A stretch of 64,000 bases of DNA from Alphaproteobacteria bacterium (GCA_964291215.2 OZ219791.1:2848001-2912000); one strand, 5' to 3'; positions 38,802-50,358 are shown, counted from the first letter of the stretch. Translations and numbers: made by a program. The notes: generated by a model not told the origin, from the sequence alone.

Positions 38802-39866
38802 CTAATTGTGTCGGTAGATCCCGTATTTCTTCCAGCGGTCGTAGAAGCTCCAGTAGGAGCCGGATATCCGCGCCATCCACGGATTGCCCTTGGCCGTCTG
38901 CTTTTCTGTCTGTTCCTTCGACCAGGCGCGCCCGAGATCCTCGATCGTCTGCTGCGCGTTGGCGTCGAGCGCCGACCATTCGTTGCGTCCCTTCATCAAC
39001 TTCTCGATCGCATTGAGGTCGGCGGTTCCGACATGCAGCGCGGTCTGGACGCCGGCATGGATGGCGGCCGCCCGCAACTGCTTCTGCAGTCTCTCGGGCA
39101 GGGCCTTCCAGTCCTTGGCCCGGAACACCGCCTCGCTGGCATGCGCCGGCGAATGGAGTCCCGGCACGATGATGTACTTGGCGATCTTGTGGAAACCGAG
39201 GCTGATGTTGGTAGAAGGCGTGATGAACTCGGTACCGTCGATGACCCGCCTATCGAGCGCTGTGTAGATGTCGGCGGGAGGAAGCACGGTGGCCGATGCC
39301 CCGACCTTCTTCAGGATGTCCGCCCAGGCCCCGGCCGTGCGGATCTTCATGCCCTTGAGATCGGCGATCTTCTCGACCTTGCGGTGGGAATGGAGGAAGA
39401 TCTCCGTTGATCCGAAGCCTGTCGGCAGGATGTGGAGGTCCTGGGTCTGCTGGCGGAAATCGATGTTCAGTTTCTCTCCCTGATCCGCGAGGATCCAGTG
39501 CAGGAACTCTTCCATCGGCATGCCGCCGACCATGCCGGCGAGGATGCCGTTGGCGGGATCCTTGTTGACGGCGAACCCGGCATAGCAGTAGCAGATGTCG
39601 GCGGTGCCCTTTTGCACCGCGTCCCAGCCGTCGAACGGTCCGGCGAGGACGCCGACGCCGAAGCCCTTGATCTTGACTTCGTTGCTGGTGAACAGGTGCG
39701 CGGCATCGATGAAGCGTTGCATGTAGTTGTTCCAGGTGGGGGACTTGGCCGGGACGTAGGACGTGAGTTTCCACTCGTATTTCTGCGCTTCAGCGGGTCC
39801 GGAGAGCGGTCCGGCAATGACGGCTGCCGCGACCGCTGCGCCAGCAAGGGTTCTGATCCTGAACAT
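38802..39866 (-). CDS. dctP: TRAP substrate-binding protein (TakP-like)
   Basis: Signal peptide; DLKGMKIRT, IYTALDRRVIDGTE. Confidence 0.92.
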   Translation of the reverse strand: MFRIRTLAGAAVAAAVIAGPLSGPAEAQKYEWKLTSYVPAKSPTWNNYMQRFIDAAHLFTSNEVKIKGFGVGVLAGPFDGWDAVQKGTADICYCYAGFAVNKDPANGILAGMVGGMPMEEFLHWILADQGEKLNIDFRQQTQDLHILPTGFGSTEIFLHSHRKVEKIADLKGMKIRTAGAWADILKKVGASATVLPPADIYTALDRRVIDGTEFITPSTNISLGFHKIAKYIIVPGLHSPAHASEAVFRAKDWKALPERLQKQLRAAAIHAGVQTALHVGTADLNAIEKLMKGRNEWSALDANAQQTIEDLGRAWSKEQTEKQTAKGNPWMARISGSYWSFYDRWKKYGIYRHN

Positions 39867-40349
39867 CGGCTATTCTCCCAGTGAGATTTCGGTGCATTCA
39901 TGCACGGCAACTGGAATCCCTCGATCCTGCGCCGCGCGCCGGATCAATGACCGTGTGCCGGAGCATATCTTACCTGTTCTGCCACCGCAGATGCAAAGCA
40001 GCGTCAGGAAGGCCTGATGCGCATCAGGCACGGAATCGGAACGCTCCGGCAAGTCCGCATCGGGATTTCCCTTCTTCGCGCTGCTGGGCGTTGCGAAGTG
40101 TTCTGCATCCGGCGCAAACGGCACGACCCGGCCTTGGGGCACAGCTGCCGGCAGCTCTTCGCACGGCCGGCGGAGAACCGCGATAGTGATTGGCGCCATG
40201 ATGACACTGCGCGCGCTGTCGAAAATGAACTGCGACCGCTTCTGCGACTAGCGGTTGCAGCCTCCCATTGGTGCGGGTCAGCCATGCGGCCATCAGCAGG
40301 TCCAACCGTGCGTTTGGCTGGCGCCGGTGCCGGGCACAACATCCGCGGC

Positions 40350-41566
40350 ATGAGCAGGGAATCGGAAATACTCGTCATTGGTGCCGGGATTCGGCGGCCT
40401 CACGCTGGCGCTCATGCTGCATGGCCGGGGCTTCCGCTGCCGGATCTTTGAAGCGGCGCCCGAATTCCGGCTCCTCGGCGTCGGAATCAACATGCTGCCG
40501 CACGCGATCCGGGAACTGAGCGCGCTCGGCCTGCAGGCGAGCCTCGGGGCCTACGGCGTGGAGGCCCGCGAATTTGCCTATTTCAACCGCCACGGCCAGG
40601 CCGTCTTCGCGGAGTCGTGCGGCCGGTTTACCGGCTACGAGCACCCGCATTTCTCGATCCACCGCGCCGACCTTCACAAGGTGCTGCTCGACGCGGTGCT
40701 GGAGCGGCTCGGCCCCGACGCTGTCCGTCTCGGACACTGCTGTGTCGGCGTTGAGCAGGACGCGGAAGGCGTGACGGCGCGATTCGACGGTGTGGAGCCC
40801 GCGGCTGGCAGCATCGCCATCGCCGCCGACGGCTTTCATTCCGCCGTGCGCCGGCAGTTCCATCCCTCGGAAGGCGCCCCGCATTTCGGCGGCATCAATA
40901 TGTGGCGCGGGGCAACTCGGCGGAAACCGTTTCTCACCGGCGCCAGCGTCACCCGAATTGGCACCGTGGCGCGCGGCAAGATGGTGATCTATCCCATTCG
41001 GCAGTTTGGAGACGGCACCCAGCTGATCAACTGGAACACCGAACAGCCGCGCGCCGACCGCAAGCCGAACGACTGGGCAACTCCGGGACGCATGGAGGAT
41101 TTCATCGAGCCGTTCGCGGACTGGCGTTTCGACTGGCTCGATGTTCCGGCTCTGATCGCTGACGCCGAGTTCATTCTCGAATATCCGATGGTCGACCGCC
41201 AGCCGATGGACCTTCGGCCGCGTCACGCTGCTCGGGGACGCGGCACACCCGATGTATCCGCGCGGCGGTAACGGCGGCGCCCAGGCCATTCTCGACGCCG
41301 AAGCGCTGGCGCGGCTGCTCGACGGGTTCGACGATCCGAAAGCGGCGTTGCACGCCTACGAGGACGAGCGCCTGGGTCCCACCAGCGAGATCGTGCTGAC
41401 CAACCGCGATCAGCCGCCAGACTACATCATCGAAACGGTCGAGGCGCTGACCGGCGGAGAGCGCTTCGAACGCATCGATGACGTCATAGATCCTGCCGAA
41501 CTGGCGGCGATATCGGACCGGTACAAGGACATCGCCGGCTACAGCCTGGGAACCGCGAAACGCTGA
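40350..41566 (+). pseudogene. FAD-dependent monooxygenase (salicylate hydroxylase-like) with two frameshifts
   Basis: MSRESEILVIGAGI|GGLTLAL (+1 at ~40392), LGVGINMLPHA, ADGFHSAVR, YPMVDRQP|WTFGRVTLLGDAAHPMYPRGGNG (frameshift at ~41205). Confidence 0.88.
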
Positions 41567-41678
41567 TTCGTCGCAGATGGGCGGCCGGGCTGCGGCAATT
41601 CGCCGCCGTCGTCCTTGCATGTGCGGGTGACAGCATCTAATAAGAAGAGACGCACGACAAACGACGACAAATGGAATC

Positions 41679-41915
41679 ATGGAACAGGAAGCGCGAATCC
41701 GCGAACCGGAAAACACCGTCTGGCAGACACGCCTCCGGCCCCAGACCGAATTCGAACGGAGGCTTGCCGATGCTCTCGAACAGGCCTTTGCGGGAGGTGT
41801 GACCGAACTCGGCCCGCTGGTTGCGCAGCTGAACGCCGACGGCGTCTGCGACGAGAACCACAAACTCTGGACCGAAGAGAGCTTTTGCGCCGCCATGGCG
41901 CGACTGCGCGGCTGA
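41679..41915 (+). CDS. Small recombinase-like HTH domain protein (Rieske-cluster associated)
   Basis: WQTR..TEFERRLADALE..G..EL..LV..LN..WTEESF.AAMARL; first gene of the operon. Family name is recalled. Confidence 0.75.
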   Translation: MEQEARIREPENTVWQTRLRPQTEFERRLADALEQAFAGGVTELGPLVAQLNADGVCDENHKLWTEESFCAAMARLRG

Positions 41916-41917
41916 AC

Positions 41918-42712
<795 letters not shown>

Positions 42713-42756
42713 ATGACGATTGGTCCATAACCACCGTGAACACAGGGAGGTCAACC

Positions 42757-43737
42757 ATGCGATTCACGAAACAGGCACTTGCTGCGGCGGTCGTGGCGGT
42801 CGCGGCCGGGAGTATCTCGACCGGAGCGGCGGAAGCCGCGAAGAAGGTCAACTATCTCTTGCCGGCACCGGGTTTTCTGCCGGCCTTTGCACCCTGGCAG
42901 CTCGCAAAGCACAAGGGCTACTACGCCGCCGAGGGACTTGAGGTCACCTTCCAGACTTCGAAGGGCGGCGTTGACGTGGCCAAGCAGGTCGGTGTCGGCA
43001 ACGCGCCGATCGGTGGCGGGATCGGCGACACGCCGCTGCTCGTCCGCCCGAACGGCATCGATGTGCGGTCCGTCGCCCTGCTCGGCGGCGGCTCACTGGT
43101 CCAGCTCGTCGCCCGCGCCGACCGGGGGATTGAGAAGGTCGAGGACCTCAAGGGCAAGAAGATCACCGTGCTGTCCTACCAGGACACCACCTTCTACGCA
43201 TCGCAGGGTATACTGGCATCGCGCGGCTTGAACCGGAACGATGTCGACATCCAGGCCGCCGGTCCGCAGGGCGTGTGGAAGCTCTTCGTCGAGGGCAAGG
43301 TCGATGCCATGATGGGGGTCCCCGACTGGATCGGAATCGCCTTCGGCGCCAAGGTCAAGATGAAGATCTTCAACGCCAGGGACTACTTCCCGTCGATGGC
43401 GCAGGCGATCCTGGCGTCCGACGAGATGATCAGGAAGGATCCACAGCTCATTCGAAGCCTCGTCGGTGCGACGCTCAAGGGCCTCCGCGACCTGATGAAG
43501 GATCCGGCTGCGGCTGCAAAGGACTATGTCAAGGCGGTTCCGCGCTGGGCCAAGAGCGAAGCGGCGATGGCCGGCACCTTCAGACTCTACAACACCTACA
43601 CCTGGCCGGGGCAGAAGGTGCTCGGGGCGATGGACGAGAAGCAGCTCTCGCAGCTCCAGGATTTCTATCTCAAGGCCGGGTTCATCAAGAAGGCGACGCC
43701 GGTTGCGGATCTGTACACCAACCAGTTCGTCCAGTAG
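42757..43737 (+). CDS. ABC substrate-binding protein (NMT1/THI5-like)
   Basis: Signal peptide; KGYYAAEGLEV, DLKGKKI, DLYTNQFV; GGGAGG RBS. Confidence 0.92.
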   Translation: MRFTKQALAAAVVAVAAGSISTGAAEAAKKVNYLLPAPGFLPAFAPWQLAKHKGYYAAEGLEVTFQTSKGGVDVAKQVGVGNAPIGGGIGDTPLLVRPNGIDVRSVALLGGGSLVQLVARADRGIEKVEDLKGKKITVLSYQDTTFYASQGILASRGLNRNDVDIQAAGPQGVWKLFVEGKVDAMMGVPDWIGIAFGAKVKMKIFNARDYFPSMAQAILASDEMIRKDPQLIRSLVGATLKGLRDLMKDPAAAAKDYVKAVPRWAKSEAAMAGTFRLYNTYTWPGQKVLGAMDEKQLSQLQDFYLKAGFIKKATPVADLYTNQFVQ

Positions 43738-43800
43738 CGGCAGGCCGACGGTGCGGCGCCTGGGACGCCGCGCTGTCGCGCCTGCGGTGGAGGCCGTCCG

Positions 43801-44583
43801 ATGATGGCGGCCTTCACCCCCGTGCGCATCGCGGCCAGTCTCGCCCTGCTGGCGGTGTTCCTGGTTGCTTGGGAGTTCGGCCCGGCGGCGCTCGGGATCA
43901 AGTCCTACATCATCCCGCCGCTGTCTTCGGTGCTCGCCGGGCTCGTCGAGATGCAGGCCACCGACAGGCTCCTGTATCACGCGCAGATCACGACGTTCGA
44001 AGTCGTCGTCGGCTTTCTTCTGGGTGCGCTCTTCGGGATGGCGGTTGGCTATGTTCTCGGCATCTCGCTCACCGCAGAAGTCGTGCTCTCGCCCTACATC
44101 CTCGGTCTCCAGATCGCGCCCAAGGTCGCGTTTGCGCCGCTGTTCGTCCTCTGGCTCGGTTTTGGCCTCGAGCCCCGGATCGTGGTGGCGTTGCTGATCG
44201 TGTTCTTTCCCATCATGGTCAATGTCATGACCGCGGTGCGCGGCGTCGATCCGGATATGATCAACCTTGCGCGCTCGTTCCGGGCCAGCCGCATGCAGAT
44301 TTTCTGGAAAATCGAGTTCCCGGCCTCGATGCCGGCCCTGTTTGCGGGATTGCGGATTGGCGCTACACTTGCCGTGATCGGCGTTACCGTCGGCGAGTTC
44401 GCTGGCGGCAACACCGGTGTCGGCTACCTGATCGTGCTGACGGCCGGCGCCGCCGAGACGGCGAAGGTCTTTGGCGCTATCATTGTGCTGACCCTTATCG
44501 GCATTGTCGCCTACTGGCTGGTGATCGTCGTCGAGCGGAGGGTACTCCACTACATGCCGAGCCGATCCCTCGACAGCCTGTGA
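43801..44583 (+). CDS. ABC transporter permease
   Basis: PKVAFAPLFVLWLGFG, FFPIMVN, VGEFAG. Confidence 0.93.
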   Translation: MMAAFTPVRIAASLALLAVFLVAWEFGPAALGIKSYIIPPLSSVLAGLVEMQATDRLLYHAQITTFEVVVGFLLGALFGMAVGYVLGISLTAEVVLSPYILGLQIAPKVAFAPLFVLWLGFGLEPRIVVALLIVFFPIMVNVMTAVRGVDPDMINLARSFRASRMQIFWKIEFPASMPALFAGLRIGATLAVIGVTVGEFAGGNTGVGYLIVLTAGAAETAKVFGAIIVLTLIGIVAYWLVIVVERRVLHYMPSRSLDSL

Positions 44584-44597
44584 ACGGAGACAGGATC

Positions 44598-45653
44598 ATG
44601 GTGGAATCCGTTGCGAGTTCGGAGGGCGTCCGCGAACGAGTGGCGCTCGGCCCTCTCAATCGCTGGTGGCCGGTCGCCGCGGCGTGGATGGTCAAGGACA
44701 CACCGGTCGGGCTCACGCGGCTTGGCGAGCGGATCGTCCTGTGGCGGGACCGTGACGGGGCCGTCCACTGCCTCGAGGACCGCTGTCCGCACCGCGGCGC
44801 GCGGTTGTCCATGGGTTGGAATCTCGGCGACCGTATCGCCTGCTGGTACCACGGTGTCCAGACCGATGGCAGCGGGGTCGTGCGCGATGTACCCGCGGTT
44901 GCAGACTGCCCGATGACCGGGCACAAGATGGTAAAGCCCTACCCCTGTCTCGAGCACATGGGAGGCATTTTCGTCTGGTTCGGCGATGCGCTGCACGAGG
45001 AGCCGGAGGAGTTCCGGATGCCGGAGGAGTTCACCTCGCCGGACTGGTCGGCGATCCTGTGCACCGCGCACTGGAAATGCAACTGGGTCTATGCCGTCGA
45101 CAACGTGATGGATCCCATGCACGGCGCCTATCTGCACGCTGTTTCCCATTCCATGGCCGAGGGCGACCGCGAGGCCCGGATGAAGGTGCAGGACACGGAG
45201 ACCGGCTTCGTATTCGGCAAGGTCGGCCAGCGCGACGTCAATTTCGACTGGATTGAATGGGGCGACACCGGCGCCTTCTGGCTCCGGGTCTCGCCGTTGC
45301 CCTACCGCCGCGAGGCGGGGCCGGGGGGGCATTTCGGAATCATGGGATTCGTGACCCCGATCGACCGCGACAACTGCCGGGTCTTCTTCTGGCGCACCCG
45401 TCGGGTGACCGGCTGGCAGCGCGACCTCTGGCATTTCATGTATCGCAACAAGCTGGAGGCGCTGCACTGGACGGTGCTAGAGCAGGACCGCGTCGTCCTT
45501 GAGGCCATGTCGCCCGACGCCCGCGATCACGAGTTCCTCTACCAGCATGATACCGGCCTTGCCCGGGTACGCCGCTATCTCGAACGCGAGGCCGAGGCGC
45601 AGCTCTCGGCGCTTGCTGCGGAGAGCGCTCCGGCTGCCGAGGCCGCGGAATAG
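44598..45653 (+). CDS. Rieske non-heme iron oxygenase (VanA-like)
   Basis: CPHRG..CWYHG Rieske motif; DPMHGAYLH and EQD mononuclear Fe motifs; true start lies inside track ORF 43275. Confidence 0.93.
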   Translation: MVESVASSEGVRERVALGPLNRWWPVAAAWMVKDTPVGLTRLGERIVLWRDRDGAVHCLEDRCPHRGARLSMGWNLGDRIACWYHGVQTDGSGVVRDVPAVADCPMTGHKMVKPYPCLEHMGGIFVWFGDALHEEPEEFRMPEEFTSPDWSAILCTAHWKCNWVYAVDNVMDPMHGAYLHAVSHSMAEGDREARMKVQDTETGFVFGKVGQRDVNFDWIEWGDTGAFWLRVSPLPYRREAGPGGHFGIMGFVTPIDRDNCRVFFWRTRRVTGWQRDLWHFMYRNKLEALHWTVLEQDRVVLEAMSPDARDHEFLYQHDTGLARVRRYLEREAEAQLSALAAESAPAAEAAE

Positions 45654-45666
45654 CGCACCGGGTGCG

Positions 45667-46428
45667 ATGGCCGCGATTTCGCTGCGGGACCGGCGCCTTG
45701 TGATCACCGGCGCCGCCCGGGGTCTCGGCCGGGCGTTTGCCGAAGCGGCGGCAAAGGCCGGGGCGCGCGTCGTGGTCGCCGACATTCTCGAGGAGGCTGG
45801 GCAAGCGACCGCGAGGGCCCTTGCCGGGGCCGGATACGCAGCGGAATTTGTGGCCGTCGACACCGCCGATCCGGATTCGGTCGAAGCGCTTGCGGCGCAG
45901 GCGAGCGGCTTTCTCGGCGGCATCGACGGGCTGGTGAACTGTGCCGCGGTCGCGACCGGCATTGGCGGCCGGACCTGCGAGGAGATCGATGTCGAGACCT
46001 GGGACAGGGTCATGGCGGTGAATGCCCGCGGCACGTGGCTGGCGGTAAGGGCGATGGCGCCGGCGCTTCGCGAGTCCCGGAACGGCAAGATCGTCAACAT
46101 CGCCTCCGACACCGCGATGTGGGGGGCGCCGCTGCTTCTTCACTACGTGGCATCGAAGGGCGCGGTGATTGCCATGACGCGGTCGCTTGCGCGCGAACTG
46201 GGATCTGACGGCATCGCGGTAAACGCCGTCGCTCCCGGCCTGACGCTGGTCGAGGCCACGGAATACGTGCCCGAGGAACGGCACCGGGCCTATGTCGAGG
46301 GCCGCGCGATGAACCGTCCACAGCATCCCGGAGATGTCGTCGGGGCGGTGCTGTTCCTGCTGTCGGATGCCGCGGATTTCGTGACCGGGCAGGTGCTGCC
46401 GGTCAATGGCGGCTTCGTTCTCAACTGA
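45667..46428 (+). CDS. SDR oxidoreductase
   Basis: TGAARGLG, YVASK, TGQVLPVNGG. Confidence 0.93.
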   Translation: MAAISLRDRRLVITGAARGLGRAFAEAAAKAGARVVVADILEEAGQATARALAGAGYAAEFVAVDTADPDSVEALAAQASGFLGGIDGLVNCAAVATGIGGRTCEEIDVETWDRVMAVNARGTWLAVRAMAPALRESRNGKIVNIASDTAMWGAPLLLHYVASKGAVIAMTRSLARELGSDGIAVNAVAPGLTLVEATEYVPEERHRAYVEGRAMNRPQHPGDVVGAVLFLLSDAADFVTGQVLPVNGGFVLN

Positions 46429-46444
46429 ACGCAATGGAGGACAG

Positions 46445-46981
46445 ATGATGACCACGAAGGCGGCGGCGCGGAAAGAGGAACCACCGATCGATAGCCAGGG
46501 TTTCGGCGAGTGGATGGAATCGCGGGTGGCGCGGTTCGCGACCCGGCGCTATGACTGGGACGTGCTCAAGTTCCAGGCCGATTTCGATCCGAAATACCGG
46601 CGCGCCCAGATGCGCTATGTCGGCACCGGCGGCACCGGCAAGCAGTCGGATTCCAATACCGTGCCCTCGGAGCATTTCACGTTTTCCACGATGGTGCTGC
46701 CACCGGGCTGCGAGGGGCCGCCCCACATCCACACCGATGTCGAGGAGGTTTTCTTCATGCTGCGCGGCAGCATTCGCCTCACCATCCGCGATGGCGACAG
46801 CGAGTGGGAGACCGTGCTCGGTGAACGTGACCTGATCTCGGTGCCGCCCGGCGTCTATCGCGGGCTCGTCAATGAGGGCCAGGAGGAAGCGCTGATGTGC
46901 GTCATGCTCGGCAGCGCCAAGCCCGTGACCCCGTCCTATCCGCCGGACCATCCGCTCGCAAGCATCAAGCGTCAGGCATGA
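46445..46981 (+). CDS. Cupin domain protein
   Basis: PPHIHTDVEEVFF, ISVPPGVYRG. Confidence 0.9.
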   Translation: MMTTKAAARKEEPPIDSQGFGEWMESRVARFATRRYDWDVLKFQADFDPKYRRAQMRYVGTGGTGKQSDSNTVPSEHFTFSTMVLPPGCEGPPHIHTDVEEVFFMLRGSIRLTIRDGDSEWETVLGERDLISVPPGVYRGLVNEGQEEALMCVMLGSAKPVTPSYPPDHPLASIKRQA

Positions 46982-47790
46982 CCGAGGCCGATGGGCTCCG
47001 GGTGATCGAGACACCTGCGGGCAGTTTCACCTTTCTTGAAGCCGGCGAGGGGCCGGCGCTCGTGTTGCTCCACGGCATCGGCTCCGGTTCCGGCTCGTGG
47101 GCCGGCCAGATTCCGGCCTTTGCGGACCGCTTCCGTGTTGTCGCTTGGGATGCGCCGGGCTATGGCGGTTCGACCGCTCTTGCCGAGCGTGCCCCCGCGG
47201 CGGCCGATTTCGCGCAGGCGCTTGCCGTCTTCCTCGACACACTCGGCATCGGCCGCTGCCATCTCGTCGGCCATTCGCTAGGCGCGTTGATGGCATGCGC
47301 CTTCGCCCGCCGGCACCCCGAACGGCTCGCGAGCCTGATCGCGGCCTCGCCCGCGGCCGGCTACGGGCGCGCGGGCGCCCGCGTGCAGGAGGAGCGGCGC
47401 TCGGCGCGACTCGATCTTCTCGACGAGCTCGGGCCGGAAGGGCTGGCGCGCGAACGCCACGGGGCGCTTCTTTCGGACAGCGCATCGGCGCGAGCGCGCG
47501 AGCGCGTGCGTGTGCAGATGGCGCGGGTCCGGACCGACGGCTACCGTCAGGCGGTTGAAACCCTGGTCGACGGCGACATCTTCGTCGACACGCGCGAGAT
47601 CGCGCTGCCGACAACCGTCGTCGTCGGCAGCGCCGACCGCATCACGCCGCCTGATGGCTGCCGGGAGGTTTCCGAGAGCTTTCCCGCGGCGCGGTTCGAA
47701 GTCCTGTCCGGGCTCGGCCACGCCTGCTATGTCGAGGATCCTGACGCCTTCAACGCGGTGATGGAAGATCACCTGGCGCGGGCCGCGTGA
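46978..47790 (+). CDS. Alpha/beta hydrolase
   Basis: LLHGIGS, GHSLG, GSADRITP, GHACYVE. Confidence 0.92.
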   Translation: MTEADGLRVIETPAGSFTFLEAGEGPALVLLHGIGSGSGSWAGQIPAFADRFRVVAWDAPGYGGSTALAERAPAAADFAQALAVFLDTLGIGRCHLVGHSLGALMACAFARRHPERLASLIAASPAAGYGRAGARVQEERRSARLDLLDELGPEGLARERHGALLSDSASARARERVRVQMARVRTDGYRQAVETLVDGDIFVDTREIALPTTVVVGSADRITPPDGCREVSESFPAARFEVLSGLGHACYVEDPDAFNAVMEDHLARAA

Positions 47791-47900
47791 CGGCTGGCGA
47801 ATCGCGGCGCAGGGGCGCCGGGAGTTACGGGCGGGTGTCGGCGTGCGTCGATGGATGACCCGGCTCGGGCGGCGGCCTGCAGGGAGAGGAGGAGTGGCGG

Positions 47901-48698
47901 ATGGACACCGGACTGAAGGACCGCGTCGCGGTGGTGACCGGGGGCTCGTCGGGGATCGGCTTCGCCGCGGCCGCGGCCTTCCTGCGCGAGGGGGCGCGCG
48001 TTGCCATATGCGGGCGCGACGGTGGCAGGCTCGAGAAGGCGGCAGCTCGCCTCGCCGCGGCGGCCGGAAGCCAAAGCGTGGAAGCGGTGGTCTGCGATGT
48101 CCTCGACGAGGCCGCGGTGGCAGCGTTCCGCGACCGGGTCGAGACCCGTTTCGGGCGCTGCGACGCGCTCGTGTGTAATGCGGGCCAGGCGCGGAGGAGT
48201 GATTTCGAAAGTACATCGGACGAGGACTGGCGGGAGGAATTCGAGCTCAAGTTCTTTTCGGTGCTGCGTCCGGTGCGGGCGTTCCTGCCCCTGCTGGAGG
48301 CCTCCGGCCAGGGTGCGGTCGTCTGCACCGGCGCGCTGATCGCGCGTCGCCCTGAGCCCTTCCTGATCGCGACCAGCGCCAATCGCGCCGGCCAGCTCAA
48401 TCTCTGCAAGTCGCTGGCCTCCGAGTTTGCCCCGAACGGCGTCCGGGTGAACTCCGTCCTGATCGGCCTCGTCGATTCGGGCCAATGGAGCCGCCGTTAC
48501 GAGAACGGCGAGGCGCCTGCCGGGATGTCGAAGGAGGACTGGTTCGCCGGGCTCGCCGCGGACCGGGCGATCCCGCTCGGACGGCTCGGCACGCCCGAGG
48601 AGGCTGCGAACGCGATCCTCTTTCTTGCCTCGCCGATATCGTCCTACGTCACCGGAGATGTCATCGACGTGACCGGAGGGCAATCGCGCCATGTCTGA
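47901..48698 (+). CDS. Atypical SDR (YxxxK replaced by TxxxR)
   Basis: TGGSSGIG, NAG, ATSANRAG, TGDVIDVTGG. Confidence 0.9.
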   Translation: MDTGLKDRVAVVTGGSSGIGFAAAAAFLREGARVAICGRDGGRLEKAAARLAAAAGSQSVEAVVCDVLDEAAVAAFRDRVETRFGRCDALVCNAGQARRSDFESTSDEDWREEFELKFFSVLRPVRAFLPLLEASGQGAVVCTGALIARRPEPFLIATSANRAGQLNLCKSLASEFAPNGVRVNSVLIGLVDSGQWSRRYENGEAPAGMSKEDWFAGLAADRAIPLGRLGTPEEAANAILFLASPISSYVTGDVIDVTGGQSRHV

Positions 48699-50358
48699 AA
48701 CCATGACCGTTGGCGATGCCGTTGCCGCCTTTCTCGAACGCTGCGGCGTCGAACGCGCCTTCGGCGTCATCAGCATCCACAACATGCCGATTCTGGATGC
48801 CCTCTTGCGGCGCGAGCAGATCTGCTTCGTGCCCGCCCGTTCGGAGGGTGGAGCGGTCAACATGGCGGACGGGTACGCACGCGTTTCGGGGAGCCTCGGC
48901 GTTGCCTTCAGCAGCACCGGCACCGCCGCGGGCAATGCCTGCGGTGCGCTCGTGGAGGCGGCGACGGCGGGCACGCCACTTCTTCATGTCACAGGCCAGA
49001 TCGACACCCCGCACCTCGATCGCGGCCGCGGCTACCTGCACGAGGCCCGCGACCAGCTGGGGATGCTCGGCGCCGTGGGCAAGGGTGCATATCGCGTTGC
49101 CGCGCCGGAGACCGTCTCCGCGACGCTCCGCGAGGCGGCGCTTGCTGCCATGACGCCGCCGACAGGCCCGGTGAGCGTCGAGATCCCGGTCGATGTCCAG
49201 GCCGCGGCAATCGGCGCGGACCTTGCGCTGGATCCGCTTCGGGTCGAATCCCGCCGGGCGCACGAAGACGAGATCGACCAGCTGGCGCAACGGCTCCACG
49301 GTCGCAGTCGCGTCATGCTCTGGCTCGGCGGCGGGGCAAGAGGGCTCGAGGCGGAGGTCGAGCGACTGGCTGGCCTCGGCCTTGGAATCGTTACCAGCGT
49401 CCAGGGTCGGGGCGTGGATGGGCGCTGCGCCGGCCAGTCGCTCGGCGCGTTCAACCTCCAGCCGCCGGTGGAGGCGTTCTACGCGACCTGCGACGCGATG
49501 ATTGTCGTCGGTTCGCGCCTGCGGTCGAACGAGACCTTGAACTATTCCCTGAATTTGCCGCGTCCGCTCTTCCAGGTGGATGTCGACCCGGCTGCCGAGA
49601 ACCGTTCCTACCGCGTGGATCATTTCGTGTGCGGCGACGCCTGCGGCGTTCTGGATGGCTTGGCGAGAAGGCTTGAACAGTCCGGCTTCCGGCCGGACCC
49701 CGGGTTCGGGCACGATCTCCGCCAAGCGCGTGACGCCGCCGAAAGCGGGTTGCGGGCCATGCTCGGGCCATACGAGGTCATGCTCGATGCCGTATGTGCG
49801 GCCGGAAACGCCTGGTGGGTCCGCGACATCACGCTTTCGAATACGATGTGGGGCAACCGCCTGCCCGCGCTCGACGGCTCGCGGAAGGGCGTCCATGCGG
49901 CCGGTGGCGGCATCGGTCAGGGTCTGCCGATGGCCGTCGGTGCTTTGCTCGCGGCTCGCGACCTGCCGGGGCCGGAGAAGGTGCTGCTTCTGGTCGGGGA
50001 CGGCGGCTTTGCCGTCACCATCGGCGAGTTGGCGACGGCGGCGCAGGAGAACGCTGACATTGTTATTCTCCTGATGAACGACGGCGGCTACGGCGTGATC
50101 AGGAACATCCAGGACGCCCGCTATGGCGGCCGCAGGGCCTATGCAGACATTCTCGCGCCGGATTTCGGGGCGTTGTGCGGGGCCTACGGCATTTCCCACC
50201 GTACCGTCCGGGACCTATCCGGCTTTGACGAGACCCTGCGCGAAGCGATGGCGGCCAGCGGTCCGGAGGTCATCGAGATCGACATGGCGGCGGTCGGCGA
50301 CTTCGCGCGGCCCTTCGCCGGTCCGCCGGCGCGGCATGACGGGGGAAGCGGCCGATGA
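48691..50358 (+). CDS. ThDP-dependent enzyme (acetolactate synthase-like fold)
   Basis: RSEGGAVNMADGYAR; GDGGF..LMND ThDP motif. Confidence 0.92.
   Translation: MSETMTVGDAVAAFLERCGVERAFGVISIHNMPILDALLRREQICFVPARSEGGAVNMADGYARVSGSLGVAFSSTGTAAGNACGALVEAATAGTPLLHVTGQIDTPHLDRGRGYLHEARDQLGMLGAVGKGAYRVAAPETVSATLREAALAAMTPPTGPVSVEIPVDVQAAAIGADLALDPLRVESRRAHEDEIDQLAQRLHGRSRVMLWLGGGARGLEAEVERLAGLGLGIVTSVQGRGVDGRCAGQSLGAFNLQPPVEAFYATCDAMIVVGSRLRSNETLNYSLNLPRPLFQVDVDPAAENRSYRVDHFVCGDACGVLDGLARRLEQSGFRPDPGFGHDLRQARDAAESGLRAMLGPYEVMLDAVCAAGNAWWVRDITLSNTMWGNRLPALDGSRKGVHAAGGGIGQGLPMAVGALLAARDLPGPEKVLLLVGDGGFAVTIGELATAAQENADIVILLMNDGGYGVIRNIQDARYGGRRAYADILAPDFGALCGAYGISHRTVRDLSGFDETLREAMAASGPEVIEIDMAAVGDFARPFAGPPARHDGGSGR

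Noticed and set aside
43275-44597. Apparent 792-aa Rieske fusion protein
   Set aside because: The N-terminal 440 aa are an off-frame overlay on the ABC genes; the real start is 44598 with a GGAG RBS.
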